Assembly (NCBI GenBank): GCA_963695855.1
Contig: CAVOHZ010000010.1
Location: 1,664,001 to 1,728,000, forward strand
Direction of reading: 5' to 3'
DNA from: an uncultured Nitrososphaerales archaeon
GTDB taxonomy: Archaea; Thermoproteota; Nitrososphaeria; Nitrososphaerales; Nitrososphaeraceae
Length of the DNA: 64,000 nucleotides
The position numbers and the translations under genes were made by a program. The notes beneath the pieces are model-generated. The model was not told the DNA's origin. It searched no databases and saw nothing but the letters and a program-made list of their open reading frames with translations. Shown piece by piece: positions 10,945-21,159 of the stretch (its first letter is position 1; the number at the start of each line of letters is the position of its first letter).

Positions 10945-11214
10945 ATTTAGTTGTAATAGACTAACATATACAATTATCCTAACTCTTCTTTCACCTGTTT
11001 TTCCCCTTAGAATTAAGATAGCTCCTTTGGTATCAATCAATATATCCTTATTAGAAAGAGTTAGAAATTCTTCTGGTCGAGCACCACTTTCATACATACA
11101 ACCGAGAAATACTTTCTTTTGTAAATTTGGTGCGTTTTCTACTAATTCTGTTAATTCTTCTTCTAAATATTTTTCAATATTTTCTAATCGGATCTCATTA
11201 TTATCATATCTCAT
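10945..11214 (-). pseudogene. Tyrosine recombinase fragment (box I region)
   Basis: MYESGARPEEFLTL...GKTGERRVRI; C-terminal catalytic half missing. Confidence 0.85.
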
Positions 11215-11329
11215 AAACTGTAAAAGCTATTTGTCAGCATGTTTATTTCGTGTAATGTCAAACTATTGTGAAGTATTCCAGAAGGGAACCTATCGAATGG
11301 CTTAATATCACGTCTGGATATGAATCAGC

Positions 11330-11688
11330 ATGACTCAAGATATACATACTACACTTGACGTTACAGTCAAAGAGGGAAAAATCGAAGAATTTAATAGATT
11401 AGTCGAAGAGATTTGCAAAGCAGTCGAGGATAACGAACCAGGTGCTAAGAGATACCAGTTTTTCCTGATGATAAAACACAGTACGTTCTGAACGAATCAT
11501 ATGTAAATATAGAAGCTGTACTTGCTCATCTTAAAGGTGCCGCAGTTCAAATAATACTTCCAAAGATATTCAATATTTGCAGGATAAACCGGTTTGAAGT
11601 ATTTGGAGATGTCACCGATGAATTGATGAAAACATTAGCACAAATGGGTGGCGTGAATTACCATTTTCTAAATGGTTTTTCTCGGTGA
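11330..11688 (+). pseudogene. ABM / putative quinol monooxygenase family, frameshifted
   Basis: VKEGKIEEF..NEPGAKRYQF, frameshift near 11462, then ESY..EAVLAHL..FEVFGD. Confidence 0.75.
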
Positions 11689-11815
11689 AAGTATGCAAAT
11701 TTTGAAATTATTTGCTGTAGGCATCCCATCTGGGTATTCGGTTAAACAAATCACTCGGCTAGATTATTTGTCTGTTCTTTTTTATAATCTTCAATTCCAT
11801 ATGCTTCAAGAATTG

Positions 11816-12890
11816 ATTTTCAAGATTCATTGCCAAAGTAATGAAGATAGACTTGAGGCATTCTACTGGACATTGACGATCCAGCATGATCTCTCAAAGT
11901 ATGCTCTTTCAAAATGAAAGACTTTGAAGTTAGAGCAGAACGTCTCTGAATATAAGGAGCCCAAGGTTTTGTTAACAAATTTCTAATGTATGATTTATCT
12001 GCTTCTGGAATGTTAGAATCTTCAAGTAACTTTGGGAAATAGCGTTTTTTATAGCTACGTGTATACTGTTTGTATAATGCATTTAAGTTGTTGTCCAAAA
12101 TTACTATCTGCTAAAGATATAAAAGACATCAGGATTGTTTGCAAGAGGATGAGAATCAATCCAACCTTTGACATAGGGAATTGAAAAAATAAGAGGTTTA
12201 GTCTTGTTTTCTACTATGTCAACTTCTGCATATTCTGTACCATTAGATGATACTTTGAACATGATATCCTTTAATCTTAGGGAAAGTAATTCATGTGACT
12301 TACATGAAGTATCATTTGCCATCGCATGATAACAACGATATCTTTTTTCTGGACAATATTTCAAAAATAGTGCATGATCTTTACTGGTCCATATATCAGA
12401 GGCTTTGTAGGTTGATGTTTGCTTTCTTGAAAGTTGTTTGATCTTGCATACATAGAGGAGTAATGCATTTCTTTTGTTCTAGTTTGCCATTATTTTTAAC
12501 TTTATTATATTGATAGTAGTAATTGTATAACCATCTGTCTGGTGTTGTATGTTCCTATTCATTAATCAGTAGGATTATCTGATTCTGTTTTCTTTAACGA
12601 AGCTAAATAGGAAATTATATCTTTTGTTATTTTTGAAAGTCTTTGTAACGTAGACGTTTATTGAATAAACAAATGACTTTGATATGTGTTGATATTGTAC
12701 TGGATTTAACATTCTAGATATTATATTGTGGTTCAAGAAATTTGTAAGGATCATTAATGTTTTGTAGATTTATAGAAGACATTTTTTTAAAAAGAGAATT
12801 GTAATAATAGTATGAAATCGCTTTTTAGTTAATAACTGGATCTTTTTTCTAAATCTACGATTATGATGCTGTTATTATTATTACTATTAC
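11816..12890 (-). pseudogene. Degraded paralogue of the tRNA-Val integrase
   Basis: YCPEKRYRCYHAMANDTSCKSHELL, IPEADKSYIRNLLTKPW and MPQVYLHYFGNES closely match 37552..39063; catalytic R lost, multiple frameshifts. Confidence 0.9.
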
Positions 12891-12987
12891 TCAGAACACT
12901 TGCATAACTTGCCCATTACACTTAACAACATAAATTTTGTTTTCCTTAGACTCAGTATATATATGTCTCATAGTGTTTTTCAGGGTA

Positions 12988-13819
12988 ATGAAAAAGAATC
13001 TAATAATATCGTTGTTAATTCCTATCTTATTTTTATGTGTAGGAATGAACTATGTAAACGCTCAAGAACCCAGTCTAAACAATGATTGGCCAAATATTCA
13101 TGAAAATGTAATAACAGATTTCAACTCCAATATATCTTTTCCAACAATTAGTGAAGAGTCTTTCATTCATCCTTTCAGTGTTATAATAGGTGCATGTGAA
13201 ATAAGTAAAATGGTATTTGTTGCACCAACAGCAGTTTGCAGAGGAGATGAAGGAACTCCAATTCATGTAGGCGAATTTTCAAATGTACAAGATGGAGTTG
13301 TTATTCATGGTTTAGAGACTACTAAAAATGGTGCTAATATTGATGATAGACGATTTAGCATAGATGGAGAAAGGCTATTAGGAAATGATTCTAGATTTGA
13401 AAACGGTTATTCGGTATATGTAGGGAATGATGTTAGTTTGGCTCATGGTTCACTAATACATGGTCCAGCATGGGTAGGCGACAATACTTTTGTTGGTATG
13501 GAAAGCATGGTATTTAATGCAAAGGTTGGTAAAGATGTAGCAATTGGTGTTTCCAGGTACTATAACTGGCGGAGTTGTAGTTCCAGATAATAAATTTGTA
13601 CCTCCAGGAACCGTAATAACCACACAAGAACAAGCAGATCAATTACCGGAAAGAATAGGAAGTCCTTATGAAAAGATCAATAAAGAAGTAGTTCATGTAA
13701 ATGAAAAATTTGCAGAAGGATATAGTAAGTTAGATTTAGAGAAAATTGTAAATGAAAGAGAACAGGTAATGGAAGAAGGTATGTTGGAAACTAGTATGCC
13801 ACAACCAAATTCCAATTAA
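12988..13819 (+). pseudogene. cam: Secreted gamma-class carbonic anhydrase (Cam-type), +1 frameshift near 13555
   Basis: Signal peptide; RGDEG, SNVQDGVVIH, SLAH..IHGPA metal ligands; second ORF continues VPPGTVITTQEQADQLP..VVHVN. Confidence 0.85.
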
Positions 13820-13951
13820 ATTATTTTTTTATTATTTTTAGGAAACAAAGAAAGATTAAGAAATTATTCTTGCAAAGAAATTGGAAGTTGATCTTTAAAA
13901 CTATTTCTTTAATAAACAGTTTTCTAACTTCATTGGCAGTATAGTCAATCT

Positions 13952-13987
13952 CGTGAATTGAATGGAGGGGATGGGATTCGAACCCAT
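13952..13987. repeat. att direct repeat, distal junction (36 bp)
   Basis: CGTGAATTGAATGGAGGGGATGGGATTCGAACCCAT identical to 39121..39156. Confidence 0.95.
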
Positions 13988-14354
13988 TCCTTGTATTCAC
14001 GGGTTTATACCGTATCGCTAGAGTAATAAAATTATATATATATAATTATATTTTGTTTGTTAATCATTATATTTTTTAGTAGATAGATAGAAACTCAAGA
14101 CTCTTACTCTTACTCCACAGTAACAATAGTACTAGAACCCAAAATATAGATTGTTCTAGACACTAATAAAGTTATTTTATGATAGAGACAAAAAAAATAA
14201 AATAAAGTTATTAAGTAATTGTAATAAAGTTAACAATCGAAAAGATCTAGAACAGTTGTGATCCGAAGTTTAAATAAGTCGATAGGCATTAGGTCAGCAT
14301 GGAGTTTGTATGTCATGACAATGGTTGGTAAGATGAACGAACACGCAAATAATC

Positions 14355-14603
14355 CTGGGTAAAAATTCTACTAGAGGATTAGATAGTTTAGATCTAGCAA
14401 GGTATATTTTAAAAGAGATAAAAGATAATGAAAATTACTTGGATATTAGTATTATTTCCAAACGATCGGACAATAACGAGAGATTTGTACGGTCTATAAC
14501 AGAATTTCTAAAAGAGATGGAATGGTTATCAGAAGATGAAAATGGAAAATATACAACTACGCAAGAGGGACTAAAAAACAATTTAGATAACCTGACATTT
14601 TGA
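14355..14603 (+). CDS. Small winged-helix protein (start uncertain)
   Basis: Open frame LDLARYILKEI..ITEFLKEMEWLSEDENGKYTTTQEG; no clear ATG. Confidence 0.5.
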   Translation: MGKNSTRGLDSLDLARYILKEIKDNENYLDISIISKRSDNNERFVRSITEFLKEMEWLSEDENGKYTTTQEGLKNNLDNLTF

Positions 14604-14670
14604 AAACTAAATATGAAAAGAAAAATAAAATTATATATATATAAAAATAAAGTAAATTTTAAATACTAAA

Positions 14671-14934
14671 TCAAATAGAATTGGAGGATTGAAGTTTTTC
14701 GTTTAGTTCATTTTCCAGGGTTGCAATCTGTCTATCCTTCAACCTTATCACCTGGTCCATGTCTAGCCGGTAGTCTTTCAGGTCCTGCCATTCTGCCAGA
14801 ACTCTAGAGACAAATCCATCCTGTGTTTCCCTTCTGCCCTTCAACCTTCCTATTACCTCTGCAGTATGTATTGATACGGCTAGCGTAGTAACCGGGGCTT
14901 TCTGGATTCTACGTCTTCCCATTTCTATCAACAA
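14671..14934 (-). CDS. RHH-like DNA-binding protein with coiled-coil tail
   Basis: TTLAVS..AEVIGRLKGRRETQDGFVSRVL pattern. Confidence 0.6.
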   Translation of the reverse strand: MLIEMGRRRIQKAPVTTLAVSIHTAEVIGRLKGRRETQDGFVSRVLAEWQDLKDYRLDMDQVIRLKDRQIATLENELNEKLQSSNSI

Positions 14935-14939
14935 AAAAA

Positions 14940-15344
14940 TTAGAAGGAATAGTCATCATCTTGGTAGGTTAGGCGCTGGGCCGTGTAGTCTATGGCCTCA
15001 ATTGTTTCTGCGGCCTTCGAACCTCGCTTAATGTGGAGCTCTTCCGGCAGGTGTTCAACCTCTTTCAATGTTCCCATTCTGATAGCATGTTCTATTGCAA
15101 AGATATGCTTGCACCTATCGGCTCTGTTGGACCCGTAATCCATACAACTACACCACTCGAAAACTGAAGGTTCAAATCTTACAAAGTAGTATCTATTATC
15201 TGTCGTTTCGGATTCTACGTAAAAGGTGTTTCTGTTTGACAGTTGGTACACTCTGCGGGATAGGCTGATAACGCGGCCCTTCTCGCTTCTTCTATTTTTT
15301 TTCTCTTTTGTTGATTCAACTATTTTAGAAACTGTTTGCGTCAT
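14940..15344 (-). CDS. SWIM zinc-finger protein
   Basis: FYVESE..Y.V..WCSCMD..RCKHIFAI. Confidence 0.85.
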   Translation of the reverse strand: MTQTVSKIVESTKEKKNRRSEKGRVISLSRRVYQLSNRNTFYVESETTDNRYYFVRFEPSVFEWCSCMDYGSNRADRCKHIFAIEHAIRMGTLKEVEHLPEELHIKRGSKAAETIEAIDYTAQRLTYQDDDYSF

Positions 15345-15425
15345 ATACGAATGTATACATTGATTTTGTTATATAAAGTATACTATCGTAAACAGATATA
15401 TACGAAAATGGTTATAAAATAAGAT

Positions 15426-15590
15426 ATGGGTAAACAGCAGTATACGTTTATGGTTAAGAAAGATAGTTTTGTCGCTAAACATAGTAAACTCGGTGATAAA
15501 TGGATAATAATTATTCCTAAGGACCATCACGAAATTATAAAAAATATGAAGAACCCATTAAAAGTAAGAGTAGAAGAAGTTTTAGATTAA
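15426..15590 (+). CDS. AbrB-like small regulator (54 aa)
   Basis: SKLGDKWIIIIPKDHH..LKVRVEEV; divergent from the SWIM gene. Confidence 0.6.
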   Translation: MGKQQYTFMVKKDSFVAKHSKLGDKWIIIIPKDHHEIIKNMKNPLKVRVEEVLD

Positions 15591-15594
15591 CGAA

Positions 15595-15804
15595 ATGAGT
15601 TCTGACAATATTTCAAATATCAGTTCTGACATTAATAATATTGTAGGTGATAGAAGCAACAAAATGAATAATACATACTGTTATGGTTGTAATACTCTCA
15701 TTGAATGGAATCCTGTTAAGGGAGAGTACTGGGAATTATCTACACAAAAGAAGCATAAATGTCCTTATCTAGAAAAAGGACAAATACAGAAAATAGAACA
15801 ATAA
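15595..15804 (+). CDS. Small zinc-binding protein
   Basis: CYGC..IEW..KHKC. Confidence 0.55.
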   Translation: MSSDNISNISSDINNIVGDRSNKMNNTYCYGCNTLIEWNPVKGEYWELSTQKKHKCPYLEKGQIQKIEQ

Positions 15805-15850
15805 TATATCAAAAAATAATATTAACTGGTTTATTTCTTATTCATTTTAA

Positions 15851-16293
15851 ATGCCATTTGGATTTGGAGGAAAGAAAGAACCTGAAGTTGAAAAACCTGA
15901 GTATAGATTTGAAGTTAAATATTTAGGAGGTCATAAAGCATTCCCAGCAAAAAAGTCAGTAGATACAAAGATATCAGTTTATTCAGATAGAATAGATATC
16001 GAGAAGCCATTAAATCTCAATATCCCTTATTCAAAGATCACAAAAATTGAAAATATGGACGAGAAGAAAATTTCTGCTTTAAGGGTAGTGGGCCTAGGAT
16101 TAGTTTTTCTTCCATTGGCAATACATTGGCAATAGTTGGTGCCTTGTGGAAGAAGAGAAAGGTCTATACTGTTTTCGATTATGACGATGGTTTAGATACT
16201 CAAACTATGGTATTTGATTTTGAAAAACATCTAGAAAAAATGCAACCAATAATTTATCATAAAGTTATGCAGGAAAGATCAAAATATAAATGA
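15851..16293 (+). pseudogene. PH-like membrane-associated protein frameshifted by an 11-bp duplication
   Basis: YLGGH, IPYSKITKIE and a TM segment; CATTGGCAATA tandemly duplicated at 16113-16134; second frame continues VGALWKKRK to TGA 16293. Confidence 0.75.
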
Positions 16294-16342
16294 GTTTCAA
16301 AACAGTCAAGGATTTATTCTGGTACAGAAATGTACCCGATAA

Positions 16343-16471
16343 TTGTATTACTTATACATAGATGAAAGTGTAGATACAGGAGATTATAAGGAAAAAACCT
16401 GCACTATAGGTGGTAGTTCACGATTTCTAACTTTAGGTGGTATAGAGATAGAGAAAATTATTCAGAAATAG
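16343..16471 (+). pseudogene. N-terminal remnant of a DUF3800-like (RNase H-fold) protein
   Basis: MYYLYIDESVDTG..SRFLTLGGI, then premature stop. Confidence 0.5.
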
Positions 16472-16531
16472 TTGTCAGGCTATGGACTTTTACGAAGCAC
16501 GTAACAGTATACGGTTTCATTACGATTGATT

Positions 16532-17203
16532 TCAGGAAGGAGGATCAAAACGAATTGATCTATTTGATATCTTCTGCAGATCCTCTTTTTTCTTTCCGCT
16601 TTCAGTATATTTTCTAGTATATATTTTAGCAAAAAAATCAATGTGTTCTTGGCTATCCATCAAGGCCTTCGGCATTCCTCTATCCCTCATCATTACATTA
16701 CCAAGTAAAAATCTCCAAAAAATGGAAAATAATTCATCAATTAATTCCCATCTAAAATTATTTGGATCTTCGTTTATATCCCAATGAAGTAGCGATTCCA
16801 GGAATCTATTCAATATGGCATGTCTGTTCGTATATTCAGCATTGAATTTAGAGCGTTCTTCCTTGTACTTATCTGGTCCAACTCGAATAAATCCAAATAA
16901 TTCTTTTATATCATCTTCAAATACTCCCCTCAAATCAGGATACTTTTTCAAGTATTCAAAAAAGAATATCATATTTGCCATGGATTGAAAAATGAATTTG
17001 TCCAGAACATATCTCTTTTTTCTGTCCAGATTTCTTTTATTTATTTTCTCATCAACATTACTGCTATCGTCGCGCCCCGCATTTTTTTCGGTTTGCGATG
17101 TTTCAGCGATTTGATAATATTGTAACATTTGGTTCATGAACTCCGCTAATGTGGGAGAAAATGTGTAACCTTCCTTACTAGATTCACTTGTGTAAGCACT
17201 CAA
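16532..17203 (-). CDS. Hypothetical helical protein (223 aa)
   Basis: Long ORF, no recognised motif; divergent from the RHH/Topo genes. Confidence 0.7.
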   Translation of the reverse strand: MSAYTSESSKEGYTFSPTLAEFMNQMLQYYQIAETSQTEKNAGRDDSSNVDEKINKRNLDRKKRYVLDKFIFQSMANMIFFFEYLKKYPDLRGVFEDDIKELFGFIRVGPDKYKEERSKFNAEYTNRHAILNRFLESLLHWDINEDPNNFRWELIDELFSIFWRFLLGNVMMRDRGMPKALMDSQEHIDFFAKIYTRKYTESGKKKEDLQKISNRSIRFDPPS

Positions 17204-17256
17204 TTTATGTAACAGTTATTGTTATAGTTACGCATTTTATAAATCATTTGATTGTT

Positions 17257-17421
17257 ATGAAAAATATAACAACGAACCAAAAATATACAACAATTCGGAT
17301 AACCACAGAAACCCATGATCTATTGGCTGATCAGGGAAATATGAAAGATTCCTATGATACTGTCATCAAGCGACTGATTGAAAATCAAAGGGCCAAGGAG
17401 AACCCATATGTTCCGAAATGA
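17257..17421 (+). CDS. RHH/antitoxin-like DNA-binding protein
   Basis: YTTIRITTETHDLL..GNMKDSYDTVIKRLI. Confidence 0.75.
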   Translation: MKNITTNQKYTTIRITTETHDLLADQGNMKDSYDTVIKRLIENQRAKENPYVPK

Positions 17422-17525
17422 GCGAGACATTGAAGCCCTGGGTACTTCGCGAATGTCCATTCGAATACGGTGTTTTGTGCAGGAAGCAATGGACGGCAGA
17501 GTGAACATTTTCACAAAAATTTAGC

Positions 17526-20363
17526 ATGACAGATTTGTATCAAAATGTGAACCCTCGAGCATTTAATATGATGCTCAGTACAAATAGTAAATCACACATA
17601 CGAGTGATAGACAGTAATACTCCTGCTACCAGTAAGGTCAGAACTGAAGAAATCTTTTCATCTGAGGACCAGACAACCGATTATCTTTCTATCCAAGGAC
17701 TTAATACTAGATTCGGACTCGACGGAACTGGTTTTGAAATTTTCATAATAAAGGAAATGATGGATAACGCGCTAGACTATATTGAACAAAATGCACAAAA
17801 ATTTGCACAATTAAATGAAGGAATACCATTTATCGATGTAGTTGTTGCCGAAGAAAATGATGAAGTTGTAAAAATCATTGTTACAAATTCTAACGCAAGT
17901 AATGAAAATATATTTTCTGAGGACCAAATTCAGAAAATCTTTAATCTTAAAGAATACTACAGCAGCAAAAGATACAGGCATCAAATAAATCGTGGAGAGT
18001 TGGGTGATGCCTTCAAGGCCATATTATGCATTCCTTACGCCATTGCCGTCAATGATCACAGTAACATCTATGAAAACTGGGATTATCCGTTAAAGATCAA
18101 TATTTCCAATAAAAGACTAATTGAAGTTAAAATCGATAATTTCGATAAAATTAGAAAAAAGGAAAATGTACGGGTAAAGGCAGAGTTTAAACAAATTTCT
18201 GATGAAACTAAAAATCAATCCTATTTTACAGAAATCACCGTATATATTCCAAAAATCTCAGTAAATTATGATAAAATTAGGCAAATTCTAAAAAGATATG
18301 CAGTTATAAATACACATATTATTTTTGATTTCAAAATTCCAAGCAAAGAAACAGGTATATACGAATACAGTTGGTTCTTAACACAGAAACTAAAACGTGA
18401 TTGGAAAAATAGACTAAGTATATATTCTTATTCTTTACCAGATTTTAGAGATTTAATTCTCAGTATTAAAGATAGAGATGATCTAAATGTGTATGATGAT
18501 TTAATCAGACCACATTTTAGAGAAGGTGGATCACTTCCAAAAGAGGACCAATTTAAGACATTGGCCTATAAGGATTTAAAATCTGATATGAACAAAATCG
18601 AGGTTGTATACAATAAGTTAAAGAATAATCAAAGATCAATAAAACATCAATCCTCACGTCGTATTCCATTCCTGGACGTTCCTTTTGACATGGAGAAAAC
18701 ATCCAGAGAAAACGGGTTAAGAGTACGTCTACAACAGGTATATGATATTGACAAAGATAGTTTTGTGTATAAGAAATTTGATAGATGTTATTATGAAAAC
18801 CTAGAGAAAGGTGTAGAATTTCCGTATATGTTTGAAATTGCTATTGCAAAATCACCAATGTTTCCAAAGAAAAGATTGACATTAATTGAATCTTTAAATT
18901 GTTCTCCTGGCTTGTATTCTGATTCATTATTTCATGCGAATGAACCAATTTTTAACTGGACGCAAAAAAATGGACAAGTATGGAATGGATATAGTATTGC
19001 TGGGGTTCTCGAAAATTGCGGATATTCAGTTGAAAACGAAAAGAAACATAAGAAAATCCATAATCTAATTCTTATTAATTTAATATCTCCTAGAATAGAT
19101 TATAGTAGTCATAGTAAATCAAGTATCAAATTAGAGCCATTCGCTGAAATGACTCAGAAGGTTTACACTTTTTGTAAGGAATCACATAGAAAAAAAACCA
19201 GTGATGATAACACATTAAATAATATGCACTATTTAAGAATCATATTACAAGATCGATATTATGCTGTAAAGAACAATCCAATACTGAAAACACCAAAATA
19301 CAGATGGACTCAAAGCACCGTATACTATATTTTGAGAAAGATTCTTGATGAAAAAGGGATTCCAATTGCAGATAGAGATTACATTACTGGAGAAATCAAA
19401 GTTGAATGTGAACAATTAGGAATGCGATTAATAGAAATAGGCAGACCGCTTAAAAGACACGAATTGGGGATAATTGCAGCAGAAAGGGCACAACTGTTTT
19501 TTGATGGCCAGGCTCTAGGAATTAGTTTTGACCGAATAGAAGAGTTGATGAAAAAAGGAACGGATCTCCTAATTATAGAGAAAGAAGGTATAGCCGAAAT
19601 ATTCATGGAATTTGCAAATAAACGAGGGATTGCAATCTTAAACTCTCGTGGGTTTGTTACAGAATATGCAGAAGAATTATCAGAACTTGCTCAAAAAGAA
19701 GGATGCAATATCGCTATATTAACAGATTTAGATTCATCTGGATTGCTTATTTCATCCAAACTACCTAATGCTTATAGAATAGGTATTGACTTTAGGACAC
19801 TTCTTTATTTTGAGGATATAGAACAGGAGACTGTTGAGGAGCAAGTTACTAAAAAGAACAAGAACGAAAATGAGAACGAAAGTGATAGTCATTTATCAAA
19901 ATTAAAAGATCTGGCTAAATCAGAAATACCATTGCCTTACAGAAATAATCCTGAGGAATGGGAGGAGTTAATAGAATATCTGGATACTGGAATGCGTATA
20001 GAAATAGATAGTATTCGTACCCAACTTAATAACGATAATGAAAGATTTTGGGATTACATACTTAAAGAATTAGATAGAGAGTTCCCAACGAGGAATTATA
20101 ATAGAGCCATAGAGGTAAAGGAATATGTTATGCCAAAAATGATAGACGATTTTATTTCTGCTGTAGGAAATATATTGACCGAAGCGACTTCAGAAAAACG
20201 GGAGGAAATAATGAACGACTTGGCAAATACAGAACATTTCTTTGATGATATAAAAGTTGAAAGCGAAGAAATTGATGAACAACTAGGATCAGTTTCCGAA
20301 TCTGATGAAATTAAAAAGCAAATTGCTGAACAAGTTAAAAAGTTTTTGAAGTTTGAAGCATAA
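17526..20363 (+). CDS. Type IIB topoisomerase-like B-A fusion (Topo VIII-like)
   Basis: GHKL motifs IKEMMDNALD, YYSSK, RGELGDAFK, TEITV; candidate catalytic Tyr in WTQSTVYY; TOPRIM LIIEKEG, RGF, LTDLDSSG. Confidence 0.8.
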   Translation: MTDLYQNVNPRAFNMMLSTNSKSHIRVIDSNTPATSKVRTEEIFSSEDQTTDYLSIQGLNTRFGLDGTGFEIFIIKEMMDNALDYIEQNAQKFAQLNEGIPFIDVVVAEENDEVVKIIVTNSNASNENIFSEDQIQKIFNLKEYYSSKRYRHQINRGELGDAFKAILCIPYAIAVNDHSNIYENWDYPLKINISNKRLIEVKIDNFDKIRKKENVRVKAEFKQISDETKNQSYFTEITVYIPKISVNYDKIRQILKRYAVINTHIIFDFKIPSKETGIYEYSWFLTQKLKRDWKNRLSIYSYSLPDFRDLILSIKDRDDLNVYDDLIRPHFREGGSLPKEDQFKTLAYKDLKSDMNKIEVVYNKLKNNQRSIKHQSSRRIPFLDVPFDMEKTSRENGLRVRLQQVYDIDKDSFVYKKFDRCYYENLEKGVEFPYMFEIAIAKSPMFPKKRLTLIESLNCSPGLYSDSLFHANEPIFNWTQKNGQVWNGYSIAGVLENCGYSVENEKKHKKIHNLILINLISPRIDYSSHSKSSIKLEPFAEMTQKVYTFCKESHRKKTSDDNTLNNMHYLRIILQDRYYAVKNNPILKTPKYRWTQSTVYYILRKILDEKGIPIADRDYITGEIKVECEQLGMRLIEIGRPLKRHELGIIAAERAQLFFDGQALGISFDRIEELMKKGTDLLIIEKEGIAEIFMEFANKRGIAILNSRGFVTEYAEELSELAQKEGCNIAILTDLDSSGLLISSKLPNAYRIGIDFRTLLYFEDIEQETVEEQVTKKNKNENENESDSHLSKLKDLAKSEIPLPYRNNPEEWEELIEYLDTGMRIEIDSIRTQLNNDNERFWDYILKELDREFPTRNYNRAIEVKEYVMPKMIDDFISAVGNILTEATSEKREEIMNDLANTEHFFDDIKVESEEIDEQLGSVSESDEIKKQIAEQVKKFLKFEA

Positions 20364-20391
20364 TCGGCATTAAAATTAACTCCAATTTACC

Positions 20392-20439
20392 AAGTTTGGC
20401 AAGGAAATCCTTGCAAATTGGCTTGGATTTCCAAGCAGA
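20392..20439. promoter_or_regulatory. Two adjacent GC-containing inverted repeats
   Basis: GCAAGG-AAAT-CCTTGC and GCTTGGA-TT-TCCAAGC between the Topo gene and the helicase operon. Confidence 0.45.
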
Positions 20440-20533
20440 TTTATTCAGTTTTGCGGTAAAATTCCCCTAAATTAGTTTACTGGGTTTAATGGAGATATTA
20501 GTTCTCTGATACGAAATTCTTTCAAGGCTTTTT

Positions 20534-20662
20534 ATGAGTCAAAAAAATATACTCATAAAAATAAGTGAAGAAAATGCCAACAAATTGGCAGAACGTGGAG
20601 AATTCAGGGATACCTGGAATACGATAGTTACCAAGGTTTTAGCAGAGGTTGATGAAAAATGA
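20534..20662 (+). CDS. RHH-like protein (42 aa)
   Basis: IKISEENANKLAERGEFRDTWNTIVTKVL, paralogous to 17257..17421; stop overlaps the next ATG. Confidence 0.7.
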   Translation: MSQKNILIKISEENANKLAERGEFRDTWNTIVTKVLAEVDEK

Positions 20663-20847
20663 TGAGTCAATCGCTGGCACCCTGGAAGATATCGGAATGT
20701 TATGGGCCTCATGAAGAATGTCCGATTGTGTGGCGACACAAGTATCTCGACCATGAAATTATTTGCGTCTGTTCGTGTGGGCACGGGCAAAAAAATGATA
20801 AGACTCGCACCTCTTCCCTTGCATCGGGTTCCTTGGTTGAGCGGTAA
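20659..20847 (+). CDS. Small Cys/His zinc-binding protein
   Basis: EC..H.ECP..ICVCSCGH; coupled to the upstream ORF. Confidence 0.55.
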   Translation: MMSQSLAPWKISECYGPHEECPIVWRHKYLDHEIICVCSCGHGQKNDKTRTSSLASGSLVER

Positions 20848-20881
20848 TCCTCTTGTAGCGGTTAATGGGGAGATGTAAAAA

Positions 20882-21124
20882 TTGAATGCAAAAAATGGTG
20901 CCCCATGCGATGAGAGCACCGGCAACAATGACGCAGTAACAGTAGAGCCAATTAATAATACACGTCACAGCAATAAAAAATTATCGCTAGCGATACTTGA
21001 AGATAAAATCAATCTTATTCAAGTCTCTCTCTGCAAATTAAGACCGGATATTAGGAACATAGTCAGAGAAGAAATCAAGAACGTGGTCAGTGATGAAATC
21101 CTACGTGTACGTGGTTATCTTTAA
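20882..21124 (+). CDS. Hypothetical protein (80 aa)
   Basis: Co-oriented in operon; helical DIRNIVREEIK. Confidence 0.5.
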   Translation: MNAKNGAPCDESTGNNDAVTVEPINNTRHSNKKLSLAILEDKINLIQVSLCKLRPDIRNIVREEIKNVVSDEILRVRGYL

Positions 21125-21146
21125 CCAACCAACCAACCAACCAACT
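21123..21146 (+). repeat. (AACC)n microsatellite
   Basis: AACC x5 followed by AACT, upstream of the helicase. Confidence 0.8.
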
Positions 21147-21159
21147 AATTTAGTTCGAA

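Noticed and set aside
10252-11214. Apparent 320-aa integrase-Hsp20 fusion protein
   Set aside because: The linker is AT-rich promoter DNA with a TATA box and palindrome, Hsp20 has its own ATG at 10887 and the integrase part is a fragment; the shared frame is most likely chance
13961-13987. Additional tRNA genes at 3364, 13961 and 25246
   Set aside because: Only the T-arm and 3' acceptor strand are present; no D or anticodon arm
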